Virus record (IMG/VR): IMGVR_UViG_3300023218_000003
Location: 1-64,000 of that record
Reading direction: 5' to 3' (one strand)
From: a virus
Lineage: Duplodnaviria; Caudoviricetes
Length of the DNA: 64,000 nucleotides
Below the pieces are notes generated by a model, which was not told the DNA's origin, ran no database searches, and saw only the letters and a program-made list of their open reading frames with translations. The position numbers and the translations under genes were made by a program. Below are positions 18,714 to 26,934 of the stretch, in pieces. How positions within the stretch are numbered: position 1 is the stretch's first letter; every line of letters starts with the position of its first letter.

Positions 18714-19112
18714 ATGAAATCACTTCTATTCATCCCGCTTGTCGCTGTCGCACTCAACACTGAAGCAGCGACGATCAAAGTCGACATCAGTGAAGGTCGA
18801 CTGACTGTCTTCAAAGGCCCGCTTCCCGTCTTCACGACTCCCGTTCAGACTGCTGCGAACGGTATCGGCTTCAAGATCGGATCGGGAAAGACGCCGACAG
18901 GCAGCTACACGATCACGAAAGACGACGAACATCGCTTCGGAAAAATCTTGCGCTTGTCAGGCTATCAGGGCAACGCGCGCGGCATTCTTGTTCACAAGCA
19001 CTACGGTTCGCTGAACGGCACGTCGGGCTGCATCTGCCCGCACACGCCCGCTGCGATGAATCGTCTGTTCAAGCTTGTGAAAGACGGCGACAGAATCATC
19101 ATCACACGCTGA
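18714..19112 (+). CDS. YkuD-type L,D-transpeptidase catalytic domain protein
   Basis: Signal-like N-terminus, TPTGSY, ILVH..SGCI catalytic motif. Confidence 0.75.
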   Translation: MKSLLFIPLVAVALNTEAATIKVDISEGRLTVFKGPLPVFTTPVQTAANGIGFKIGSGKTPTGSYTITKDDEHRFGKILRLSGYQGNARGILVHKHYGSLNGTSGCICPHTPAAMNRLFKLVKDGDRIIITR

Positions 19113-19154
19113 TTCGTCGTTGAAAATTTTTTCAAAACAACACAGCAACGAAGA

Positions 19155-19181
19155 GGCGCATCGGTGACGGTGCGCTTTTTT
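19155..19181 (+). terminator. Rho-independent terminator
   Basis: GCGCATCG-GTGA-CGGTGCGC followed by T6. Confidence 0.7.
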
Positions 19182-19201
19182 CGTGTTACCTTTTCGACGA
19201 C

Positions 19202-19543
19202 ATGAAAACTGCAACACGAATCACGATCATCATCTTCGCGCTGTGTGCTTCTCTGCACGCGCAGAACTTCAGCAGTGATGAAGCGAACGCACTGCGACAG
19301 ATCACGCAGCAGATCGAAGCACAGCGTCAGCAGACAAGCAGCAGCGCATCGTTCGCAGAGTCGCGCAGACTTCTGTTCAAGAAGATCGAACGCGAACTGT
19401 CAGGGCTTGAAAAACTGCCGAAGCTGACAGCAGATCAGAAGCGCTGGGTGCTTCGCGCTGGTATTGCTGGGAAGAAGGGCGACCCGTTCTATCGCCCGTT
19501 TCTTCCGCGACTGTATGCGCTGCACTACAAGCACGCGCAGTGA
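19202..19543 (+). CDS. Putative secreted protein
   Basis: Signal peptide MKTATRITIIIFALCASLHA. Confidence 0.55.
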   Translation: MKTATRITIIIFALCASLHAQNFSSDEANALRQITQQIEAQRQQTSSSASFAESRRLLFKKIERELSGLEKLPKLTADQKRWVLRAGIAGKKGDPFYRPFLPRLYALHYKHAQ

Positions 19544-20092
19544 TCACTTGCGCGAGAAGACAAGACCGCGCGCACGAATGAATTCACGCTTCATCGTCGA
19601 AGCGCCGCGCAGTCGCATCGTCAGTGCTTGATCAAGTGCGAAGCCGAAGTTCGCGAACAGTTCGATCCAGTATGTCGACGGCTGACAGTTCACGTGATGA
19701 TGACCGCGCTTTTTCGGCGGCGCTGCACTGATCACAAGATACTGCGGCGTCACGACAGTCATCAGACTGATCACGTTCGGCAAGAACTTCGCTTCGACGT
19801 GTTCCAAGAATTCGACGGACCACACGAAGTCGAAGTGTCGAAAGATCACATCGTCAGTGCAGACGCCTTTCGTGAAGTCGTGCAGAACGTCGGGCTTGCA
19901 GTTCACGTCACCGTCGACGCCGACTGCATCGATCTTCAGTTCGCGTGCAAGACGAACCTGACCGCCGGGGTCGCACCCGACATCGATCATCGACTTGCAG
20001 TTCAGATCGTCGCGCATGAATTCAAGCGCACCTTGATCTGTGTGCGTGATGTTCTGATGACCGCCAAGATGTTTCGGTGTATCTTTCGCCAT
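19544..20092 (-). CDS. Class I SAM-dependent methyltransferase (glycan-modifying type)
   Basis: IDVGCDPG, GVDGD, FDFVWSVEFLEHV, GHHHVNCQP..YW. Confidence 0.8.
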   Translation of the reverse strand: MAKDTPKHLGGHQNITHTDQGALEFMRDDLNCKSMIDVGCDPGGQVRLARELKIDAVGVDGDVNCKPDVLHDFTKGVCTDDVIFRHFDFVWSVEFLEHVEAKFLPNVISLMTVVTPQYLVISAAPPKKRGHHHVNCQPSTYWIELFANFGFALDQALTMRLRGASTMKREFIRARGLVFSRK

Positions 20093-20094
20093 TC

Positions 20095-20997
20095 ATGAAG
20101 TTCGCATTCACATTCGATCACGGCAAGCACTACACTGAAGCACTGAAGCACGGCATCGCGCGTCGCGGCGACAGTCACGCAGTCATCACATGGACTGATC
20201 ATTTCGATCTGTTCGACGAATTCGATGTCGTCGTGTTCAACGGCATGAACCCGAAGCATGATGAACTTCGACGCGTGCTGACGATTCAGCACAAGCCGTT
20301 CATCGTCGTCGATCTTGGCTACATGAAGCGCGGCAGCGGCGCAGCAGACACACGACGCGATCGATACTATCAAGTCGGCTGGAATCGCATCGGCTACGTG
20401 CCGCCGAAGTATCGCGAGAATGACAGAAGCAGATTCGATTCGCTTGATCTAAACGTCGTCGACGATCGTGATCTTCCGACAGGCGACGTGTTGATCATCG
20501 GGCAAGTTCAGAAAGACACACAGCACAACATGTCGCACGTTGAACTGAATCACGCCTACATCGACGCAGCGTTCAGAATGTTTCGAAGAATGCCGAAGTC
20601 GAAGATCATCATGCGTCGTCACCCGCGCGCACCGCAGCGATTCGACATGCCTGACTTCGTCGAAGATCAAAGCGGCACAGAAGTCAGACTGATCGACGCG
20701 CTGCTTGATGCGCGCTGCATCGTCACGATCAATTCGACGACGTTCTACGAAGCAACGCTTGCGGGCGTGCCCGTCATCAGCGGCGATGAATCGATCTGTC
20801 ACTACGCAAGCGAGACGACGAAGCTGTTCGAAGAAGAACTGAAGCTGCGCACAGCAGAACAGAAGCTGCCGTTCTTGCGTCGCATGGCACACGCACAGTT
20901 CACAGTCGACGAAATGGCTGACGGCACTGCGATCGACTCGCTTCTTCAAGACTACGACGCAGCAGTCGCAGATCGTGTCGTCGCACATCGTCGTTGA
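20095..20997 (+). CDS. KpsC/KpsS-like capsular polysaccharide synthesis protein (GT-B-like)
   Basis: LIIGQVQKD, RRHPR, VTINSTTFYEATLAGVPV. Confidence 0.7.
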   Translation: MKFAFTFDHGKHYTEALKHGIARRGDSHAVITWTDHFDLFDEFDVVVFNGMNPKHDELRRVLTIQHKPFIVVDLGYMKRGSGAADTRRDRYYQVGWNRIGYVPPKYRENDRSRFDSLDLNVVDDRDLPTGDVLIIGQVQKDTQHNMSHVELNHAYIDAAFRMFRRMPKSKIIMRRHPRAPQRFDMPDFVEDQSGTEVRLIDALLDARCIVTINSTTFYEATLAGVPVISGDESICHYASETTKLFEEELKLRTAEQKLPFLRRMAHAQFTVDEMADGTAIDSLLQDYDAAVADRVVAHRR

Positions 20998-21048
20998 CGA
21001 CGAAACAAAGAAGCGCGAACTTTCATTTCACATCAACAACAGCGAAGC

Positions 21049-21384
21049 ATGAGAATCAAATACAGCGAAGAAGTGTGCGCAGCACTCCCCGACGAAATCT
21101 GCAAGTCACTGGGAATCGAAACGCGATGGCACGAACGCAGCGGCGACTTCGATGCCGTCGAACAGAAAGTCAGCGCAGATGATGCGCAGAAGCTGATCGC
21201 ATCTGCTGACGCTGCTGTGACGTTCGACACGATCAACGCTGCTGCGTCGTTTCATCCGAATCGCGGTGAATGGGAGAAAGACGACGTCGATCGACCGCAA
21301 GCTGACACGTCGAAGCTGCTGACGTCGTGCGGTGACGCAGACGATGCGAAGCAGAAGCGAAGATCACGCACGCTGACGCTGTGA
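21049..21384 (+). CDS. Hypothetical protein
   Basis: ORF after promoter-like TTGACG at 20994. Confidence 0.55.
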   Translation: MRIKYSEEVCAALPDEICKSLGIETRWHERSGDFDAVEQKVSADDAQKLIASADAAVTFDTINAAASFHPNRGEWEKDDVDRPQADTSKLLTSCGDADDAKQKRRSRTLTL

Positions 21385-21498
21385 TCAGCGTTGAAAATTT
21401 TTTCAAAAATCGTCCGATTTGTTCTTGCGCAGAACAAGAAACTGCTGTTTTATAGTGACGCAGCGCAGCAAGCGCATCACATCAAACATCATCACATC

Positions 21499-22368
21499 AT
21501 GAACGATCCCAAAGAAATCCGCCAGCAACTGAAAGCAGAACTTGGCTTCAACGCCCGCCAAGTCAGTCTTCGCGCAGAACGTCACGGCACGCTGACGTTC
21601 ACGATTCGCGACACGAACGTCAGCTTCGACGACGTGCTGGACATTCGCGAATTCGCTTCGAAGTTCGAACGCATTCATCGCTGCGAAATCACGCACGAAA
21701 TTCTGTCGGGCGGCAACACTTTCGTCTACGTGCGCATGACTGACGAAGTCGAAGATGCACTGACTGCTGATCTTCGCCCGCTGATCGCTGCTGCGCTTCG
21801 CAACAAAGAAGTCGAAGATCACGGCACGAAGATCGACGGCGTTGCTGACTGCTTCATGTGGCGCACCGATCACTACACTTGCAGCGTCAGCGTCGACGGC
21901 GCGACTGGCTTCGGTTGTCAGTGCTACTGCGACATCAACAACGAAGCGAACTTCAACAGCGCTGTGAAGTCGATGGCACTTGACGTGCTTGAACAGCGCG
22001 CACGCATCGAAGCTGACGAACTGCTTCGCATGAAGCATGAAGCTGAAGACGCGAAGCGCGCTGAAGAAGTCGCTGCGATTCAGCAGAACGACGATGACGA
22101 CAGCAACGTCGTCGAACACGACTTCACTGCTGCTGACAAAGAAGCAGACGTCGAACAGCTTCTGCGCGATCAGATCGCGAAAGACGCTGCGAACGGTGCG
22201 CCCGCTGACGTGATCGCTGATCACGCTGAAAAGCTTCGCGCGATCGTCGAAGCGAAAGCTGAAATCGAAATCGCACGTCAAGAAGCAGAGAAAGCACAGC
22301 AGAAGCTGAACGCGCTGACTGACTCGCTTCAGAAGTTCGAACAAGACGTGATCGAATTCCGCGCATAA
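21499..22368 (+). CDS. Conserved early phage protein with coiled-coil C-terminus
   Basis: RQVSLR..FTIRD..RCEITHEILSGGNTFV; A/C-rich leader. Confidence 0.6.
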   Translation: MNDPKEIRQQLKAELGFNARQVSLRAERHGTLTFTIRDTNVSFDDVLDIREFASKFERIHRCEITHEILSGGNTFVYVRMTDEVEDALTADLRPLIAAALRNKEVEDHGTKIDGVADCFMWRTDHYTCSVSVDGATGFGCQCYCDINNEANFNSAVKSMALDVLEQRARIEADELLRMKHEAEDAKRAEEVAAIQQNDDDDSNVVEHDFTAADKEADVEQLLRDQIAKDAANGAPADVIADHAEKLRAIVEAKAEIEIARQEAEKAQQKLNALTDSLQKFEQDVIEFRA

Positions 22369-22432
22369 GAATCAACACAGCGCGCGCAGAACGAACACTG
22401 CGCGCGCTTTCAACATCGAACATCACATCATC

Positions 22433-22924
22433 ATGAAACTGAAAAGACTGAACGACAGCAGCGACGTGCTGCAAGGCGCGACGAACTGCGTCGAATATCT
22501 GAACAAGAAGATCGAAACGTCGCACGCGTGCGGCAAGCGCATCTTCAAAGCGAAGCACAAGCGCGACATCGCGCAGACTGCTGAACAGCTTCGACTGTTC
22601 GCGACACAGCTTGAAGCAGCGATCGAAACTGCGACTGACGTCGAAGACGAAGAACGCTTCACGCGTGCGCAGATCAAGCTTGCGGTCGATCTGCTGAAGC
22701 ACGTCATGCACAACGGCGAAATGTGCGTTGTCGGCACGTCTGCGAAGACGCATCACTGGAAAGATCGCGCTGGCGGTCTTCACACGATTCTGGTTCACAG
22801 CAACGTCGCAACCGTGAAGTCGCTTGACTGTCTTCATCGCAGACGCATCAAAGACGGCTTCGCTTGCTACGTCACGAACATCGACAAGCTGACGCGCATC
22901 GCGAACGCGTTGCCGAAGAACTGA
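22433..22924 (+). CDS. Hypothetical protein
   Basis: ATG after hairpin and A/C-rich leader. Confidence 0.6.
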   Translation: MKLKRLNDSSDVLQGATNCVEYLNKKIETSHACGKRIFKAKHKRDIAQTAEQLRLFATQLEAAIETATDVEDEERFTRAQIKLAVDLLKHVMHNGEMCVVGTSAKTHHWKDRAGGLHTILVHSNVATVKSLDCLHRRRIKDGFACYVTNIDKLTRIANALPKN

Positions 22925-22949
22925 ACATCAATACACACGCATCATCATC

Positions 22950-23213
22950 ATGACACTTCCCATGCATCTTCTTCTGACGTCGTCTGATCTTGGCGACATC
23001 TGCAAGTTCACTGTCTCGCGAAAGGGCAGACTCGGCAGACCGCAGTATCTGATTCCCGCTGATCAGCTTGGCGACGAACAGTGGAAGGAAATTCACAACA
23101 TGCGCGCGTATCTTGGCAAGCGTGCGCACGAATGTCGCGCTGAAGTCGGCTTCGATCTTGGCGAAACGCTGACAGAAGAAAGCGGATTCTACAGCGTGAA
23201 GCGCGAACACTGA
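22950..23213 (+). CDS. Hypothetical protein
   Basis: A/C-rich leader, phage codon usage. Confidence 0.55.
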   Translation: MTLPMHLLLTSSDLGDICKFTVSRKGRLGRPQYLIPADQLGDEQWKEIHNMRAYLGKRAHECRAEVGFDLGETLTEESGFYSVKREH

Positions 23214-23242
23214 ACTGATCACGTTGAAACAATTTTCAAATC

Positions 23243-23632
23243 ATGAACAACGACACATCACACGAAGCGATCGAACTGCGCGACGAAGTCAGTCGCGTGA
23301 TCGAACACGCTGAATTCGAAACTGACATTGAAGACGCGAAGCACGCGCTTCACGAACTGACGAAGCGCGCAGGCAATCCGATGCAAGTGCGCACAACAGG
23401 CAACTTCACGAACGTCGATCGCGACAGCGTCGCACACGTCTGCGGGATGCTTGAAGAACTTGATGAACTTCGTGATCACGCAGCGACGCTTGAAGTGCGA
23501 CACGCTGACATCGTGCGCTTCATCGAAATCATGGACGGCACACTTGTCGAAGGTGGAGATCGTCAGATGTCGTGGCGCAGCTTGTCACAGACTCTGCGCG
23601 ACATGCTGCACGGAAAATCGACCGAAGACTGA
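23243..23632 (+). CDS. Hypothetical protein
   Basis: ATG 3 nt after palindrome 23224-23239. Confidence 0.55.
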   Translation: MNNDTSHEAIELRDEVSRVIEHAEFETDIEDAKHALHELTKRAGNPMQVRTTGNFTNVDRDSVAHVCGMLEELDELRDHAATLEVRHADIVRFIEIMDGTLVEGGDRQMSWRSLSQTLRDMLHGKSTED

Positions 23633-23636
23633 AGAC

Positions 23637-23873
23637 ATGGCTGGATCATTCAATCACCTAGTCGGAGAAGACGAACGCTTCACTGTCGACACGATCGACA
23701 ATCTTGGCGACGCGATCGAAGCACTTGAAGAATGCTGGCAGATCATTCATCGACTGTCGTCAGGCGACGAACAGATGATCGCAGCTATCTGTGACGAACT
23801 GAACATCGTGAACCCGTGGGAAGTCACGCCCGACGAATCGTCGAAGCAGTCAATCAAAGCACTGAACGAATGA
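23637..23873 (+). CDS. Hypothetical acidic protein
   Basis: ATG 23637, coupled to next gene. Confidence 0.5.
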   Translation: MAGSFNHLVGEDERFTVDTIDNLGDAIEALEECWQIIHRLSSGDEQMIAAICDELNIVNPWEVTPDESSKQSIKALNE

Positions 23874-24241
23874 AACGAATCATGAACAACGAACTGAAAG
23901 CACAGCTTCAAGCAGTGCGCGCAGACATTCGCGCGCTTGAACTTCAACTGAAGGCGATCGAAGCGCAGAAAGCACAGCGCATCTTCATGACAGCGTGTCA
24001 GCGAATGCGTGCGCGCAAAGCGTATCGCGACGCGATCAAGATCAGAAAGCATCGCATTGCTGCACTTCGCGGCAGAATCGACATGCTTGAAGAACAGATC
24101 GGCGGCGCAGTCATTCACGCATTCGAACAGGGTGCAGACTTCGGCGAGAAGAACGAAGCAGAGTATCGCGCGACAGGGAACCCGCTTGATTCGACAAGCA
24201 CACGCGCGATCAAGCACGCACAGCAGATCGAAGGACTATGA
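23870..24241 (+). CDS. Hypothetical coiled-coil protein
   Basis: ATGA overlap with previous gene. Confidence 0.55.
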   Translation: MKRIMNNELKAQLQAVRADIRALELQLKAIEAQKAQRIFMTACQRMRARKAYRDAIKIRKHRIAALRGRIDMLEEQIGGAVIHAFEQGADFGEKNEAEYRATGNPLDSTSTRAIKHAQQIEGL

Positions 24242-24567
24242 ACACAGAAGCAATCATCATCGTGTCAGCAGTGCTGACGTTCGCAACGCTGTTGCTGATC
24301 GCTGTCATCGCGGTCGTCGACTATGTGCGACGCAGTCGAAGCGAAGCGAAGCGACGAATCCCGAAAGCGGGCGAAACGTGGATCAGTGGCGACGAAGACG
24401 GTTCGCCGTGGTATGTGTCGCCGCAGCGACAGTGGACAGTCACAGTGATCGACGTGCGTGACGACTGGGTTCGCTACAAGTTCGACGGCAAGAACTGCTT
24501 GTTTCAAGATGAACGTCTGCCGATCGATCGCTTCTTGTCAGTTTACAAGCTGAAGACTGTCGACTAG
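24238..24567 (+). CDS. Membrane-anchored hypothetical protein
   Basis: N-terminal TM helix; ends in TAG. Confidence 0.55.
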   Translation: MNTEAIIIVSAVLTFATLLLIAVIAVVDYVRRSRSEAKRRIPKAGETWISGDEDGSPWYVSPQRQWTVTVIDVRDDWVRYKFDGKNCLFQDERLPIDRFLSVYKLKTVD

Positions 24568-24587
24568 ATTTCAATCTGATGTGATGC

Positions 24588-24656
24588 GACGGGGGTGATG
24601 TCCCGTCAAACACGAAGCGCGTCGTCTCCATCATCGGGGGCGGCGCGTTTCACTTT
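24588..24656 (+). ncRNA. Hairpin (GACGGG-GGTGATGT-CCCGTC) plus terminator-like hairpin; paralog at 43060
   Basis: Two adjacent stem-loops; same architecture and loop sequence at 43060-43120. Confidence 0.4.
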
Positions 24657-24820
24657 TCAGCACTGCACACAGAATCTGCACACAGCGCGCGAAAACGATC
24701 AGCAGTGTGATCACGCGTCGATCCCCGTCACAACGCAGCAGGCGACGGCAGGCACGCAGCCAGCACGCTGCACACGAACAGTGGACATCTTCAGCGTGAT
24801 CGATTATCGTGCTGACCGCT

Positions 24821-25495
24821 ATGGCAACGACGCAATCGAAGAAGCGATCACGCAGCGTGTCGATCGAAACTGAAGACGCAGATGACAGCAAGAAGATCGC
24901 TGCGCTTCGCGTAGAACGACGCAAGCTGCGAACGCTGAAGGCGCACTCGAAGAATCCGCGCAAGCATCCGAAGAAAGGCAGTGACGAATGGGAAGCGCTG
25001 CGCGTTTCACTCGCTGACCAATACTTCGACCCGATCGTGTTCAACGAACGCAACGGAATGCTGATCAGCGGTCATCTTCGAAAGAAGATTCTGATCGATG
25101 ACGGCTTCGTCGAAGCTGACTGCGTAATCGTCGACTGCGATGAAGAAACGCCCGTCGCATTTCTTGCATACGTCAGACAGCCGCATCAGCACGCGAAGAA
25201 CTTGATGCGCGGTCATCGCACAGTCGTCATGCCCGACTTTCAGGGAATGGGACTCGGCGTCAAACTGTCTGACTGGCTCGCGAATCATCTTGTGCAGAAA
25301 GGCTGGCGATACACTTCAGTCACGTCGCACTCTGCGATGATTCACTATCGTCTGAAGTCGCCCGACTGGAAGTGCATTCGTCGCGCGTCGCACGTAGCGA
25401 AAGGATCGAAGAACGCGAAGATTCACGCAGCAGCAGGTTCGCAACAGCGCTTGACGTATTCGTTCGAATACATCGGCAAGAAGAACAAGTCATGA
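24821..25495 (+). CDS. ParB/Srx-like domain fused to GNAT acetyltransferase domain
   Basis: N: NPRK..PIVFN..LISGHLR; C: PVAF..RTVVMPDFQGMGLG (R/QxxGxG acetyl-CoA motif), YTSVTSH. Confidence 0.7.
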   Translation: MATTQSKKRSRSVSIETEDADDSKKIAALRVERRKLRTLKAHSKNPRKHPKKGSDEWEALRVSLADQYFDPIVFNERNGMLISGHLRKKILIDDGFVEADCVIVDCDEETPVAFLAYVRQPHQHAKNLMRGHRTVVMPDFQGMGLGVKLSDWLANHLVQKGWRYTSVTSHSAMIHYRLKSPDWKCIRRASHVAKGSKNAKIHAAAGSQQRLTYSFEYIGKKNKS

Positions 25496-26010
25496 AGGGA
25501 AGAAAGATACTGCTGACAGGCAAGCGCGGCAAAGACGCGCGCAAAGCACAGCGCGAAGCTGAACAAGAAGAACGCAGTCGTCTTCAGAAGCAGAATGCGT
25601 TCTTGAAGCAGCTTCTTGAATCGCGCGGCATGATCGCACTTGCAGCGAAGCGCGCGAAAGTGCCGCGACGCACTGTCTATTACTGGCTGGAACATCACGA
25701 TCGCTTCCGCGAGAAATACGAAGACACGATCGAAGAAGTGAAAGACATGATCGAACTGAAAGGCATCGCTGCGCAAGCTGACAAAGGCAATCACAGCGCT
25801 GCTTCGAAGTGGCTCGCTTCACGCGCACCCGAACGTGGCTACGGTCGCGACAGACTTGAACTGACAGGCGCAGACGGCGGGCCGATTGAAGTCAAGTCGC
25901 CGACGCTTGAAGAAGTCGCAGAGAAGTGCGACCCGACACAGCTTGCGACGATGCTTGCACGTGTGCTGAAAAGCGACGACAGTTCTTCTGACGAAGAAGA
26001 ACAAGAATGA
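25492..26010 (+). CDS. Terminase small subunit
   Basis: HTH (AAKRAKVPRRTVYYW), A.KWL..R, LELTGADGGPIEV. Confidence 0.75.
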   Translation: MKGRKILLTGKRGKDARKAQREAEQEERSRLQKQNAFLKQLLESRGMIALAAKRAKVPRRTVYYWLEHHDRFREKYEDTIEEVKDMIELKGIAAQADKGNHSAASKWLASRAPERGYGRDRLELTGADGGPIEVKSPTLEEVAEKCDPTQLATMLARVLKSDDSSSDEEEQE

Positions 26011-26225
26011 ACACATCGACTTTCACGATCTTGCGCATCAGTCGCGCGTCGTTCGAAGACATCAAGAAGCGCATCAAAGATGTCGACGACTCGCTTCAAG
26101 CGATCGGCGTGCCGAAGTCAGCGCACGGCTACGCTGACGAATACATCTTGAACGAAGACACTGACAGCGAATTGATTCGATTCACGAACAGTGAAGTCGC
26201 GCTGAAGCCTGACGACGTAGACTGA
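26007..26225 (+). CDS. Hypothetical protein
   Basis: Coupled small ORF. Confidence 0.5.
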   Translation: MNTSTFTILRISRASFEDIKKRIKDVDDSLQAIGVPKSAHGYADEYILNEDTDSELIRFTNSEVALKPDDVD

Positions 26226-26413
26226 TGAATGTAGACATCGATCTTGTCGACGTGTGGGAACGACACTTGAATGCGCACCCGTCGAATGTGCTGCACGTGT
26301 CGAAAGAAGAAATCAGTCGTCAGCTTGACGCACGCATCAAGCGCGCTGAAGACGAAGTGAAGCGACTGAAGAATCTGAAAGAAGAAGCGATGCTTCGAAG
26401 CGTCGTCGATTGA
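26225..26413 (+). CDS. Hypothetical protein
   Basis: Coupled small ORF; stop lies inside palindrome 26410. Confidence 0.5.
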   Translation: MNVDIDLVDVWERHLNAHPSNVLHVSKEEISRQLDARIKRAEDEVKRLKNLKEEAMLRSVVD

Positions 26414-26446
26414 AAATTTTTTCAACAACAACAACACAGCGAAGAA

Positions 26447-26632
26447 ATGACAGAAGAATACGATCTGAACTACAGAATCGAAGAAGCAGCATCAGTCGCT
26501 GACGGCACTGAAGCAGAAGTCTTCTTCACGCAAGTCGCGACGTTCATGAAACAGTTCGCAGACAACGGCGGCTTCACACATCGCTTCGAACGCGAAGCAG
26601 AAGTCGTGAAGCATCATTCTGCGCCAGTGTAG
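26447..26632 (+). CDS. Hypothetical protein (frame stays open past TAG to TGA 26824)
   Basis: A/C-rich leader; 63 further sense codons after TAG. Confidence 0.5.
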   Translation: MTEEYDLNYRIEEAASVADGTEAEVFFTQVATFMKQFADNGGFTHRFEREAEVVKHHSAPV

Positions 26633-26934
26633 CAGCAGACGCAACTTCACTTTGTCGGCATCGGTCTGCCGCAAGGCGACGTGATCATCATGACGCGACA
26701 CGGACATCCGATGCGCTTCTATTCTCGCGAAGCAGTCGTCGGCTACATCGAAGCGAACGCTGATCGAATGATTCATTCGGGCTTGTTTCACGTCACGAAC
26801 GGACACGCAACGCAGATCGTCTGAAAAAAGTTTCGACTACATAGTGCGCTGTAGTGCGCACGTGTGCGCTGTCTTCATCAGCGCGCAGATTTCGTCTGGA
26901 CGAACTGTCATCGTCGACAGTATCTTGCCGCTGC

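Noticed and set aside
19530-20110. Invertase/shufflon sites around the reverse-strand genes
   Set aside because: No matching inverted repeats at the boundaries and no recombinase gene in the window; AGTGATCACT arises from two abutting stops.
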